A DNA stretch of 64,000 bases from Candidatus Delongbacteria bacterium (GCA_963663545.1 OY760505.1:325937-389936), one strand, 5' to 3'. Positions 29,516 through 39,201 are shown, counted from the first letter of the stretch. Translations and numbers: made by a program. The notes: generated from the sequence alone by a model not told the origin.

Positions 29516-31308
29516 CGTGCACCTCCCCGCGACGTGGACTCCTGTTCGAGGGCGTGGAAGGCCTCCTCCAGCATGGGCAGCAGTGCGGTCAATTCCTGCT
29601 GCAGCACTTCGGGCTGTCCACCGCCGTAGCGGATCAGCTCCAGCCTGCGCACCAGCTCGCGCAGCGCGCGGGTAGCACTCTCGCTCAGGCCGCGTGTCAC
29701 CAGCTGTTCCACTTGTTCGCCCAGCACCAGCCCCGCAGCGGACAGATTCTGCTTGTCGGCCAGATACTGCAGGAGAATAGCCTCCACCAGACCGGCCTGC
29801 GTGTCAGCTTCCTTGCCCGTCAGTTCCTTCATACGACGACGCGCCTGTGATAGGGCCAGACGCCGACGCTCGCCGGGCAGATTACGGCGCTTCTCCTGCA
29901 GACGCTGCGCCCAAAGGTGCGAGCCAAGCGGCGCAGCCAGCAGCATGAGAATCAGCAAGCGCCACCACCAACGGGCACTCAGCGGCGTGCCAAGCTCTTC
30001 GAAGCGCTCCGGCGCGGCCAGCAGATGGCGGATGTCCTGACCATAACTGCGCACGCGCTCGGCGGCACCCACCACGAGCGCGCCTCCTGCGCTGGATTTG
30101 CCTGCGCTGACCTGAATGCTCCAGGGCCCCTGACTGAGCACCTTGTACTGGCCCTTGTCGGTATCGTAATACACAAAACGAACGGCCTCGATGCGCTGCT
30201 CGCCAGCGGCGCGTGGTACCAGCAGAGTTTTGAATTTGCGCTGGCCGCGCATGCCCGTTTCGCCGGGGCGCAGGCTTTCTTCGGTCTGCGTGTCGTAACG
30301 CTCGAAATCGGGAGAAAGCACCAGCTCGGGCGCCTGCAACATGCCCACATTGCCGCGACCACTCAAGGTCACCGTCATGGTCAAAGCCTCGCCCGCGGCC
30401 AGACTGTTGCGATCAGGCTCGGCCTGCATGCGATACACGCCCACAGCTCCACTGAAGCCTGCGGGTGCGCCCGGGGGCAGGTCGCTCACCTTCAGCGTCA
30501 CCACATCGCTGGCCAGATTCAGCCGCTCGTTGCGATCGAAGACCGGCGAATCAAACAACGAGCCAAAGGGATCCCGGCTGCGCCGCGCCTTCTGTGCTGG
30601 CACGGAAACCGTCGCCGTGGCGGGCTCCAGCGTCAGCTCTCCGGAGCGGGTCGGATACAGCAGGCAACGACCGATGACGGCGCTGTTCCAGGTCTGTCCG
30701 TCCAGATCGCGCTGCTCGATCTCGGGCTGTCTCACGGGTTCGAGCTCCTGCACCAGAAAACCGGGCAGGCGATCGATGCGCGGTGGCTCGTAGGAATTCA
30801 CATTGCTGTTGAAGTAGAGGACCCAGTTCAGCACCAGCTCCTGGCCCACGACGGCCTCGGTATCGCTCAGCTCGGCGCGCAGAAAAATCTTGCGGCTGCC
30901 CGAACCCGCACTCTGTCCGGGAGCCGCCGCACGTATTTTCAGCGGTCGCGAACTCAGCGTAGTACCGTCGTATTGCACACGCGCTGGCGAGACACTCACA
31001 TCGCCCGCTTTCAGCGGCATCAGCACGTAGGTCCAGGTGCGCTCGTTGCTGGAGCGACCGTTGATCAGATTGACCGAGGTCGAAATGCTGGGACCGGCCA
31101 GAACGCGAAAGCCCTCGAAATCCGGGGCAATGAGGTTTGTGTTACGCGGAATGCTCTTCTCGGAGCGCAGTGTCCAGCTCAGCTCCCAGGTGCCGCCGTT
31201 CTCCTGCGCCTGTCCCGTCAGCGAGGCGGCACACGCACCTATCGCCAGCGTCAGCAACAGCGCCCAGCACCAGAGTGTCCGTTGTATCACGGTGTGGCCG
31301 ATCACCAA
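29512..31308 (-). CDS. batD: BatD-family protein (aerotolerance operon)
   Basis: ~600 aa; N-terminal signal peptide and a C-terminal TM followed by a basic tail. Position between batB/C and batE. Confidence 0.65.
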   Translation of the reverse strand: MVIGHTVIQRTLWCWALLLTLAIGACAASLTGQAQENGGTWELSWTLRSEKSIPRNTNLIAPDFEGFRVLAGPSISTSVNLINGRSSNERTWTYVLMPLKAGDVSVSPARVQYDGTTLSSRPLKIRAAAPGQSAGSGSRKIFLRAELSDTEAVVGQELVLNWVLYFNSNVNSYEPPRIDRLPGFLVQELEPVRQPEIEQRDLDGQTWNSAVIGRCLLYPTRSGELTLEPATATVSVPAQKARRSRDPFGSLFDSPVFDRNERLNLASDVVTLKVSDLPPGAPAGFSGAVGVYRMQAEPDRNSLAAGEALTMTVTLSGRGNVGMLQAPELVLSPDFERYDTQTEESLRPGETGMRGQRKFKTLLVPRAAGEQRIEAVRFVYYDTDKGQYKVLSQGPWSIQVSAGKSSAGGALVVGAAERVRSYGQDIRHLLAAPERFEELGTPLSARWWWRLLILMLLAAPLGSHLWAQRLQEKRRNLPGERRRLALSQARRRMKELTGKEADTQAGLVEAILLQYLADKQNLSAAGLVLGEQVEQLVTRGLSESATRALRELVRRLELIRYGGGQPEVLQQELTALLPMLEEAFHALEQESTSRGGAR

Positions 31309-33107
31309 TCCTTCTCCACTTTTCGCCTGGGGCCGGGAATGGCCTTCAGTTGCTCTTCCATCGTCTCCCGCTCCATCTCCTGCACTGCCTGCAGAATTTG
31401 CTGTACTTGCTCGGGACTCATGACCTGCGTGCTGTCAACCGGCTGGGGCTGGGGCTGCTCTTCCTGCTCCTGCTGCTCGCTCTGCTGCCCTTGCTGTTGT
31501 TGCTGGTCTTGCTTCTGTTGATCCTGTTGTTGCTGGTCCTGCTGTTGCTGATCTTGCTTCTGTTGGTCCTGGTCTTGCTGATCCTGCTGTTGATCTTGCT
31601 TTTGCTGATCCTGGTCCTGATCCTGCTGATCCCGATCAGGATCCCGCTCCTGGTCTTGCTGTTGCTGCATTTGCTGCAGCGCCAGTTCCAGATTGTGCTT
31701 GGCGTCAAACATGCGTGGATTGCGTTTGAGCGCTTCGACATAGGACTTCAGCGCTTGATCCGGCTGCTGTTGCGCCAGCTGCGCGTTGCCCAGATTGTAC
31801 CAGGCGTCGGCGGCCAGGGAAGCGTCCTCGCGCGAAAGGGCAGCCTCCTGATCCAGCAAGTGCTGCAGGGTTTGCGCCGCTGCGGCTGCATCTCCGCTCT
31901 TCAATTGCGCATCGGCCAGATTGAAGCGCGCCACGGGGTCATCGCCTGCATCCAGCACACTCTGATAAGAAAGCACAGCACTGCCGTAGTCGCCCTGATC
32001 GTAGGAGCTGTTGCCAGCCTTGATTTGGTCGACCGCCTCGCTGCTACGCGCAGCCTGTGATACAGCCGGAAACAGCACAACAAGCAGCAGTGCCGCTCCA
32101 AGTCCGCTACGTGATACCCGCTTCAGTGGTGGCAGCCAAAGACCCAGCGCCAACAACACCAACGCTGGCCAGAGGAACCAGGTATAGCGATGCTGCCAGC
32201 CGGAATACACACGACTGCCCAGCAACGCACGATCCATCTCGTCCAGACGGTCGCGAATGTCCACCAGTTCGCCTCCTCCGGGTGTGGAGCGATAATAGGC
32301 GCCGTTGCCCATGCGTGCCAGCTCGATCAGCGCCTCTTCGTTCAGACGACTGAGTACGATGCTGCCGTCGCGGTCCTGTTTGTAGGCGCCGGTCCTGTCG
32401 GGGTCGGGTACAGGGGCGCCTTCGGGGGACGCCATGCCGACGGTGAAAACTCGTACGCCCTCGGCAACCGCCTTCTCCGCATCCGAGCGCCAATCGCCGA
32501 CGAAGTCTTCGCCGTCGGACATGATGACAATCACGCGCTCGTGGTCAGCGCCCTCGGCAAAGGAATTCATGGCCAGCCGAATGGGCGCTCCCAGATCGGT
32601 GCCGGGCACGGGAATCAGTCCGGGCTTCAGTAGATCCACCAGCATGCCCACCATGTTGTAGTCGGTGGTCAGCGGATTCTGCAAATAGGCGCTGCCAGCA
32701 AAGGGCAGAAGCGCAACGCGGTCGCCGTGTAGTTCGGCCAGCAGACGGCGGATGCTGTGACGCGCGCGCGCCATGCGGTCGGGGGCGAGGTCCTGCGCCG
32801 CCATGGACTGACTGACGTCCACTGCGAGAATCACATCCACGCCCTTGCGCTCGACTTCCATCAGCTTCGTACCCACTTGCGGGCCAGCAGCGGCCACAAT
32901 CAGCAGCGCTAGCGCCAACAACTGCAACAGCAGACGCAGACGCTGTCTGCTGGTGGACCAGCCGGGCAGCATGGCCTGCAGTGTATCACGGCACCCCTGG
33001 GCGTTGAGCTTGCGTTTCAGCCCGCCCGCACGCCGCCAGCCCAGCACCAGCAGTACCGGCAGCAGCCAACCCAGATGCAGCAGCCAGGGATAGGCAAAAC
33101 GTATCAT
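31302..33107 (-). CDS. batB: BatB/BatC fusion: vWA-domain membrane protein + TPR region with poly-Q/D low-complexity insert
   Basis: Start moved to MIRFAYPWLLHLGWLLPVLL (typical BatA/B N-terminus). vWA MIDAS DVILAVDVSQSM. TPR repeats. C-terminal QQDQERDPDRDQQDQDQDQQKQ... run. Confidence 0.7.
   Translation of the reverse strand: MIRFAYPWLLHLGWLLPVLLVLGWRRAGGLKRKLNAQGCRDTLQAMLPGWSTSRQRLRLLLQLLALALLIVAAAGPQVGTKLMEVERKGVDVILAVDVSQSMAAQDLAPDRMARARHSIRRLLAELHGDRVALLPFAGSAYLQNPLTTDYNMVGMLVDLLKPGLIPVPGTDLGAPIRLAMNSFAEGADHERVIVIMSDGEDFVGDWRSDAEKAVAEGVRVFTVGMASPEGAPVPDPDRTGAYKQDRDGSIVLSRLNEEALIELARMGNGAYYRSTPGGGELVDIRDRLDEMDRALLGSRVYSGWQHRYTWFLWPALVLLALGLWLPPLKRVSRSGLGAALLLVVLFPAVSQAARSSEAVDQIKAGNSSYDQGDYGSAVLSYQSVLDAGDDPVARFNLADAQLKSGDAAAAAQTLQHLLDQEAALSREDASLAADAWYNLGNAQLAQQQPDQALKSYVEALKRNPRMFDAKHNLELALQQMQQQQDQERDPDRDQQDQDQDQQKQDQQQDQQDQDQQKQDQQQQDQQQQDQQKQDQQQQQGQQSEQQEQEEQPQPQPVDSTQVMSPEQVQQILQAVQEMERETMEEQLKAIPGPRRKVEKDW
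31440..31660. repeat. Trinucleotide (CTG/TTG/ATC) microsatellite-like tract encoding poly-Q/D inside batB/C
   Basis: Tandem ctgctgttgttgctggtc / ttgcttctgttgatcctg... units. Confidence 0.7.
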
Positions 33108-34087
33108 AGGACCTGCCTCCTCATCAGCAGGGACAGCATCATGGCACAAGCCAGAAGCAGCACGGCGGCCTGCAGCCAGGGCGCGAAGCGCTCCTCCACC
33201 AACCGGTATTCGGTGACTTCAATCTCGCTGCGTTCGAGCTTGTCGATCTGTTCGTAGACGGCCTTCAGCTCCGAAAGGTCGTGAGCACGGAAATAGCGGC
33301 CACCGGTTTTGGTGGCGATCTCGCGCAGCAGCTCCTCGTCGATGTGCGCCTCAATATTCTGCAAGCGCGTTCCAAAGGGCGTCTGCACGGGAATGGGCGC
33401 CATGCCATCGCGGCCCACGCCGATGGTGTGCACGGTAATGCCTTCGGTAATGGCCAGATCCAGCGCGGTGCGCGGATCGATGCCGCGATTGTTCTCGCCA
33501 TCGGTGAGCAGAATCAGCACGCGACTCTTGGCATCGCTTTCACGCAAACGGTTGACGCCCGTTGCCAGCGCCAGACCGACGGCGGTGCCGTCCTCCATCT
33601 CGCCGATTTCTACCTGATCGAGCTGGGAGAGCAGCAGGTCGTGATCCAGCGTCAAGGGGCACTTGGTGTAGGCTTCGCCCGCGAACACCACCAGCCCCAG
33701 CCGGTCCTGCCCGCGACCGCGAATGAAATCGGCGGCCACCGCACGGGCGGCATCAAGTCGATTGGGCTTCAGATCCTGCGCCTGCATGGAACCAGAAAGA
33801 TCCAGCGCCAGCACGATGTCGATGCCCTCGCTGTGAACTTCTTGCTCGCTCTGCACGGCAATCGGCCTGGCCAGCGCGACCACGGCAGCGGCCACGGCAA
33901 GGGCCAGCAGCACAGGCGAAAGCCACAGTTTCAGCAGACTCTTGTAAGACAAGCGCACGATGGACAACTCTTCGCGCGAGGAAGTCAGCAGGGACGGTCG
34001 ACGCACTCGTTCGCGCCCCAGATGCCAGACGGCGGCTAGCGGAATCAGGAGCAGCAATAGCAGCAGCCAGGGATGCATGAAGGTCAT
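33104..34087 (-). CDS. batA: BatA (vWA-domain membrane protein)
   Basis: MTFMHPWLLLLLLLIPLAAVWHL N-terminal TM pair; vWA DIVLALDLSGSM; 4-nt overlaps with neighbours. Confidence 0.75.
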   Translation of the reverse strand: MTFMHPWLLLLLLLIPLAAVWHLGRERVRRPSLLTSSREELSIVRLSYKSLLKLWLSPVLLALAVAAAVVALARPIAVQSEQEVHSEGIDIVLALDLSGSMQAQDLKPNRLDAARAVAADFIRGRGQDRLGLVVFAGEAYTKCPLTLDHDLLLSQLDQVEIGEMEDGTAVGLALATGVNRLRESDAKSRVLILLTDGENNRGIDPRTALDLAITEGITVHTIGVGRDGMAPIPVQTPFGTRLQNIEAHIDEELLREIATKTGGRYFRAHDLSELKAVYEQIDKLERSEIEVTEYRLVEERFAPWLQAAVLLLACAMMLSLLMRRQVL

Positions 34088-35106
34088 GGGCGCACCTCCC
34101 CGGGTTGTGATTCAGCCCTTGTCTCATCATCAGCTGTGTCACGCTCCTGCTCCGCGAGTTCGCGGGAGTGATACAGCGCCATCAGACCCGGCTTGACGCT
34201 TTCGGCCCAGCGTGCGTAGTCGTCGGCAAGGTGACGGTTACGCTCGTCCGTGGGCCACTGGCGCGCGTACTTCACCAGATCGTTCTCGCGCAGCAGCTCC
34301 AGCAGCCGGCGGCGATCCGCCTCACCAAAGGGCGCGTGATCCAGCAGCTCCTCGATTTCGTAGGTGGTCATTTCACGTGCCGGACGTCGCATGCTGTCTT
34401 CCAGCAGACCACGCACGGCCAGGCTAAGTTGCGCCCAGTACTCGACCACGTCGCCGCTGCGCCAGAGTTCCTCAAAACGGATGCGGGTCATCGCGGCGCT
34501 GAAGATCTCCCAGGGATCGCGCTGCGGTTCCGGCTCTACCCGTACGCCAGCGAGGGCTCGCGGTCGAGTCCACCAACGCCAGCCCAGCCAGCATAGTAGC
34601 AGAACAGCCAGCAGCACAATGGCACGTATCACAAACCACAGCGGGCCGTGATGCACATTGAGCGGCGGCACGATGTCGCGCGGCAATGGCGCCTGCTGCG
34701 GCTCTCCGGCGTTCTCTAGCGGAACGCCACGGGGCAGGACGCTGAGCACTTCCAGACGCAGGCTGTCACTAACCAGCTCGCCCGAGTCACCTCCGCGCGT
34801 CCATGTGACACCTTGCGGCGGAAGTGTCACTGTGCCGATTTCGTAGGCGGCCAGGGTCAGAATGCGACGCTCGCCGCCTCCCTCAATCGCGACCAGGGTA
34901 TCGGCCAGCAGGCCGCACGAGCCGAGGCGCAGCTTTTCGACGGCGGGCCAGTTGAGCTCACCGCCTTCGCCTGCGCTGGCGTCCATCCACAATTGAAAGG
35001 GATCGCCGACCGTGATGCTGTCGACGCCCACCAGGTTGTACTCCAAAGTGGCTCCGCGAGCGAGCAGCAACGCCGGCCACAGCAGTAGTGTGATCCAGAG
35101 TCTCAT
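34084..35106 (-). CDS. Bat-operon membrane protein (DUF4381-like position between DUF58 and batA)
   Basis: Start moved to MRLWITLLLWPALLLARG (signal peptide; ATGA overlap with the DUF58 stop); the Arg-rich upstream extension is rejected. Internal TM LWFVIRAIVLLAVLLLCWLGW. Confidence 0.55.
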   Translation of the reverse strand: MRLWITLLLWPALLLARGATLEYNLVGVDSITVGDPFQLWMDASAGEGGELNWPAVEKLRLGSCGLLADTLVAIEGGGERRILTLAAYEIGTVTLPPQGVTWTRGGDSGELVSDSLRLEVLSVLPRGVPLENAGEPQQAPLPRDIVPPLNVHHGPLWFVIRAIVLLAVLLLCWLGWRWWTRPRALAGVRVEPEPQRDPWEIFSAAMTRIRFEELWRSGDVVEYWAQLSLAVRGLLEDSMRRPAREMTTYEIEELLDHAPFGEADRRRLLELLRENDLVKYARQWPTDERNRHLADDYARWAESVKPGLMALYHSRELAEQERDTADDETRAESQPGEVRP

Positions 35107-35978
35107 CGGCGACGGCTCCTGTTGCGGAAGAAATGATTGAGTGGACGCGCGTAGTCTTCGCCTGCCACCAGCTCCACCTGGTCGATGCGCAGACGGCGCA
35201 GAGTGTGGGTGAGCTCTTCGCGGCGACGATGCGCGGCGCGTCGATAGGCGTCCCGTGTGCGAGGACAGGCCGTGTCGACCCAACGGCGCTGGCCGCTTTC
35301 CAGATCCTGCACGCGCAGAAGACCGGCCTGGGGCAGTTCATCCTCCCAGGGGTCGCGCACGCTCATGGCCACAAGATCGTGCTTTTGGCGCAGTGCGCGC
35401 AGAGCGGGCGTGTAGTCCGTATCACGAAAATCACTGAGCAGGAAGACAATGGCCTTCTTCTTCTGCACGCGCGCCAAGTGTTCCAGACCAGCCGTGATAC
35501 GCGTCCCACGGCCCTCGGGCTGGAAATAGAGCAGGTCGCGGATCAGGCGTAACACATGACGATTGCCCTTGGCCGGTGGCACGTAGTGCTCGACGCGGTC
35601 GCTGAAGAGCAGCAGGCCCACACGATCACGATTACGAATGGCGCTGAAAGCCAGTACCGCGCCCAACTCGGCGATGAGTTCGCGCTTGCTCTGGCTCTGG
35701 CTGCCGAAGTAATCGCTGGCCGAAAGGTCCACCGCCAGGATCACCGTCAGTTCGCGCTCTTCGCGAAAAACCTTGATGAAGGGCTGGCCCATGCGGGCGC
35801 TGACATTCCAGTCGATGGAACGCACTTCGTCGCCGGGGTGATACTCGCGCACCTCGTCGAAGTCCATACCGTGGCCCTTGAACGCGCTGTGATACTCGCC
35901 GCCGAAAAGATTCTGCACGATGCTTCGCGTGCGGATCTCGATGCGCCGGATGCGCTTGAGCAATTCTCGCGGAATCAT
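35103..35978 (-). CDS. DUF58 (vWA-like) protein, MoxR partner
   Basis: EYHPGDEVRSIDWNVSARMGQPFIKVFREERELTVILAVDLSAS: DUF58 signature. Immediately downstream of moxR. Confidence 0.75.
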   Translation of the reverse strand: MIPRELLKRIRRIEIRTRSIVQNLFGGEYHSAFKGHGMDFDEVREYHPGDEVRSIDWNVSARMGQPFIKVFREERELTVILAVDLSASDYFGSQSQSKRELIAELGAVLAFSAIRNRDRVGLLLFSDRVEHYVPPAKGNRHVLRLIRDLLYFQPEGRGTRITAGLEHLARVQKKKAIVFLLSDFRDTDYTPALRALRQKHDLVAMSVRDPWEDELPQAGLLRVQDLESGQRRWVDTACPRTRDAYRRAAHRRREELTHTLRRLRIDQVELVAGEDYARPLNHFFRNRSRRR

Positions 35979-35988
35979 ACCGCGCCCC

Positions 35989-36978
35989 CTACGCGACTTG
36001 GATAGTGTCCAGGATACGACGCAGCACGTCGTCCGCCTTCAGTTCCTCGGCCTCGGCCTCGTAGCTGAGTCCGATGCGGTGACGCATCACGGGCAGCGCC
36101 ACCTGCTTGACGTCGTCGGGTGTCACAAAACCGCGACGACGCAGGAAGGCCATCGCGCGAGCGGCGCGGGCCAGATAAATTGTAGCACGCGGACTGGCAC
36201 CGTACTCCAGCAGCGGGGCTACATCCTTCAGGCCGTAGCGTTCGGGCTCGCGAGTGCAGAAGACCAGATCGAGGATGTAGTCTTCGACCTTCTGCTCCAG
36301 CAGAATCTGCTGAGTCAGCTCGCGGGCGGCGATGATCTTCGCCGGATCACAAACCGCGCTCACGGCGGCGGCAAAGGCGCCCGTGTTACGGCGCAGAATC
36401 TCGCGTTCCTCGTCGCGTTCGGGGTAGTCGATGAGCACTTTCAGCATGAAGCGGTCCACCTGGGCCTCGGGCAGCGGGTACGTGCCTTCTTGCTCCAGGG
36501 GGTTCTGGGTGGCCATGACCAGGAAGGGCTGCGGCAGCGGCATGGTTTCACCGCCGATGCTCACCTGGCGCTCCTGCATGGCTTCCAAAAGCGCGCTTTG
36601 CACCTTGGCCGGGCTGCGGTTGATCTCGTCGGCCAGCACCAGATTGGCGAAGACCGGTCCTTTGCGCGTGTGGAAATCGCCGGTGCGCTGATCGTAAATC
36701 TGCGTTCCCACCAGGTCGGCGGGCAGCAGGTCGGGGGTAAACTGGATTCGCGCAAAGCTCGTGTCGATGGCCTTGGAGAGCGTGGCGATGGCCGTGGTTT
36801 TGGCCAGGCCGGGAACGCCTTCCAGCAGAATGTGGCCGTCCGCCAGCAGCCCCAGCAGCAGGCCTTCGAACATGCGGCGCTGCCCCACCAGCACCTTGCG
36901 CACTTCCTGATCCAGCTCCGTCAGAAAGCCCGAGGCTTCCTCTACGCGACGTGAAAGTTCCATGGCATCCAGTTGCAT
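35989..36978 (-). CDS. MoxR-family AAA+ ATPase
   Basis: Walker A LLEGVPGLAKTT; Walker B LLADEINR; ...ATQNPLEQEGTYPLPEAQVDRF. Confidence 0.85.
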   Translation of the reverse strand: MQLDAMELSRRVEEASGFLTELDQEVRKVLVGQRRMFEGLLLGLLADGHILLEGVPGLAKTTAIATLSKAIDTSFARIQFTPDLLPADLVGTQIYDQRTGDFHTRKGPVFANLVLADEINRSPAKVQSALLEAMQERQVSIGGETMPLPQPFLVMATQNPLEQEGTYPLPEAQVDRFMLKVLIDYPERDEEREILRRNTGAFAAAVSAVCDPAKIIAARELTQQILLEQKVEDYILDLVFCTREPERYGLKDVAPLLEYGASPRATIYLARAARAMAFLRRRGFVTPDDVKQVALPVMRHRIGLSYEAEAEELKADDVLRRILDTIQVA

Positions 36979-37089
36979 CCTAGCACCTATCTACTTCTAA
37001 ACTGTTTGTGTAATACAAACAGCCCCCGGTTGGAGGCTGTGAAAGAAATTGCAGGCTTGTGTACGCTCTCTTGCGGCGCAAGTTCCCGC

Positions 37090-37482
37090 TCACTCGCTTT
37101 CGGAGTCCTGCAGGAAATCCACCTCGCTGATATCGCTGCCAAGATGCTGCAACTCCCACTCCGCAGACGCGCGCAGGCCCTCGTCGGCGGTGGGGTATTT
37201 ACTCAGGAATTCCTGATACGCCTCACGCGCCTTCAGAGTATCCTGCAGATCATTGGCATAGATGAAGCCGATCATGAAGGCACAGCGGGAGGCCTGCTCG
37301 CTCTCAGGGCAGTTCTGCACGTGCGTCTTGAAGGCTTCCAGTGCCTCCACCAGCTTGCGATCCTGATAGTATTTCTCAGCCTGGGCGAAGAGCTGGTCGC
37401 AATCGGGCTTACTGCTGCAGGCGGCAAGCAGAACCAATCCGCACAAGAGCACTGACAAGTGCACCAAACGCTTCCGAATCAT
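37090..37482 (-). CDS. Small lipoprotein with TPR-like helical repeats (130 aa)
   Basis: Start set at MIRKRLVHLSVLLCGLVLLAAC (lipobox). The 5' extension in the ORF track runs through the palindromic repeat cluster and is rejected. Confidence 0.5.
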   Translation of the reverse strand: MIRKRLVHLSVLLCGLVLLAACSSKPDCDQLFAQAEKYYQDRKLVEALEAFKTHVQNCPESEQASRCAFMIGFIYANDLQDTLKAREAYQEFLSKYPTADEGLRASAEWELQHLGSDISEVDFLQDSESE

Positions 37483-37587
37483 GACATCTCCCGTTCTTTC
37501 ACGAAGCCATGCCGATCCCCATGCCGGGGCGGACGGAGGTCCAAGATACAAAAGATGAGCAGAGGGGAAAACAGCCGTGATACAACG

Positions 37588-37698
37588 CCCCTCCCATCGG
37601 TATCGGTATCGCTGCCGACGCCCAAGGCGTCGGATCGGTATCGGTGCCGACGCCCAAGGCGCCAGGCCGACTCTTCGAGTCGGATCGGGATCGAAATC
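37588..37698. repeat. Cluster of 3-4 tandem palindromic repeat units (ATCGGTATCGGT...GCCGACGCCCAAGGCGTCGG; CCGACTCttcGAGTCGG; CGACTTcgGAGTCG)
   Basis: Two ~33-bp tandem units followed by two GANTC-containing hairpins, between convergent gene ends. Confidence 0.65.
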
Positions 37699-37977
37699 GA
37701 CTTCGGAGTCGCAATCGGAAGGAAGAGAATCACTCTCGCCAAGCACGCGAAGCACGCAAAGAAGAAAGTGACGGTTCAAGAGCGCTGTATGAGAGTAGGA
37801 GCTAGCTGAAATGCGATTGCTCAAAACTCGCCAAGAAAAGGATGGTTGAGCGGTTTCGGTCAGTAACAAAGCAACCTTCACCCAGTAACCAGGGGCGTAA
37901 CAAAACCCCCGACGGCACACGGTGCCATCGGGGGCAAGAATCGTTCTCTCAAGAACCAAGGGGACAAAACCCAAGGG

Positions 37978-39192
37978 TCAAAACACCGTGCGGGCGGCGC
38001 GGAAACCCACGCTGCCGGACGTGTACGTCGGGTAGTTGTCGATGTGGGGCGCACACCGAACGTACGCGGCATCGTTGTACCAGCCGCCACCCCGAAGCAC
38101 ACGGGTGGAGCCGCCTGTAATTCCGTATGGGTCAGATTGAGTGGAGCTGCTGTAGCTCCCATACCAATCACCGCACCACTCCCAGACATTGCCCGCCAGG
38201 TCGTAGAAACCACGACCCGTCGCAGGATAACTGCCCACAGGGGTGGACCAGCCCACACAGTAGTTGTAGTTCAACCGCTCGCAGGTCGGCAACTCACTAC
38301 CCCAGGGGTACTCTCTCTCATCGTCCCACTGGGCGGCGTACTCCCACTCCGCCTCCGTGGGTAGGCGGTAGCCCTGGGCGAGATAGGGATCATGGCTGGC
38401 GCTTTGATTCCAGTTGCCCTGGTAGAATGCTGGCAGACCTTCCATCAGACTGCGCCAGTCGCAGTAGCAGGCGGCACCGCACCAGCTGACTTCGATCGCC
38501 GGGTGATCGGCCGGGTCGTAGCCGTCCGGGTAGGCAAAGCCGGGTCCCCAGGTGCCATTGTTGTACGTACGCGCCACCAGGTAGAACTGCTGGGTGCCCG
38601 TGTTAAAGGCGATCTCGCAGTAGTTGGTGTCATCCAGATCGAACAGCTCTACCCCGTAGGCCTGCACGCTGCTGCTGCTGGCGCTCACCAGGCCCTGGCC
38701 GAGCGCCCACTGCAGGGCGTCCATGTACTCCGCGTTGGTCACTTCGTGGGCGTCTAGGTAGAAGTCGTGGGTCAGGTGTACCGTGTGTTCGGGTGTGATT
38801 ACACCAGCCTGCCCCATCATGAAGCTGCCGGCGGGAACGAGCACCATGTCCTCCGGAGCCATTGCTTCCGCATCAACACGCACCACCGCATTCTCGTGAT
38901 ACACACTGCCCAGCCAGGCCTGCAGGTTGATGCTGGCGAAGTGTTCTCCGACGAGCATCTCGCCGAAGTCGCCCCCAAGGTACGGGTCGGGAACGGCCGT
39001 GAAGCTCACGCCTCCGTCCAGGGAGAGCAGCAGGCTGATGTTCGCGTCCTGGTCCGCCAGCCGGTAGTGCACCTGCAGCCAGCCGGGCGTGTTGCTGTCC
39101 TGGTAAAAACTTACCTCAGACACCGTCTGCGCCGCCACGAAACCTGCCAGCAGCAGCGTCCACAGCAGGGCGATCATTGTACTCCTGTTCAT
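37978..39192 (-). CDS. Secreted FGE-sulfatase (SUMF1/DUF323) domain protein, type A (conserved ~100-aa N-terminal beta domain)
   Basis: Signal peptide MNRSTMIALLWTLLLAGFVAAQ. FGE motifs HPAIEVSWCGAACYCDWRS, YRLPTEAEWEYAA, YDLAGNVWEWCGDWY, RVLRGGGWYN, GFRAARTVF. Confidence 0.75.
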   Translation of the reverse strand: MNRSTMIALLWTLLLAGFVAAQTVSEVSFYQDSNTPGWLQVHYRLADQDANISLLLSLDGGVSFTAVPDPYLGGDFGEMLVGEHFASINLQAWLGSVYHENAVVRVDAEAMAPEDMVLVPAGSFMMGQAGVITPEHTVHLTHDFYLDAHEVTNAEYMDALQWALGQGLVSASSSSVQAYGVELFDLDDTNYCEIAFNTGTQQFYLVARTYNNGTWGPGFAYPDGYDPADHPAIEVSWCGAACYCDWRSLMEGLPAFYQGNWNQSASHDPYLAQGYRLPTEAEWEYAAQWDDEREYPWGSELPTCERLNYNYCVGWSTPVGSYPATGRGFYDLAGNVWEWCGDWYGSYSSSTQSDPYGITGGSTRVLRGGGWYNDAAYVRCAPHIDNYPTYTSGSVGFRAARTVF

Positions 39193-39201
39193 CTTCCCCC
39201 C

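Noticed and set aside
37588-37698. Possible CRISPR array (tandem ~33-bp units)
   Set aside because: Only two near-identical units plus two different hairpins. The units are themselves palindromic. There are no unique spacers and no cas genes. This fits a REP/MITE-like cluster better.
37479-37974. 5' extensions and small ORFs overlapping the palindromic repeat clusters (37479..37742, 37499..37714, 37577..37771; 49532..49723, 49591..50076, 49687..49974) and long N-terminal extensions of 34084..35283, 37090..37974, 41542..42318, 43831..44652, 45082..46365, 48121..49476, 53483..54793
   Set aside because: Internal Met codons followed by clean signal peptides or lipoboxes (and SD-like sequences) give far more plausible starts. 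The extensions are Arg/Pro-rich, overlap the upstream gene or run through repeat elements.
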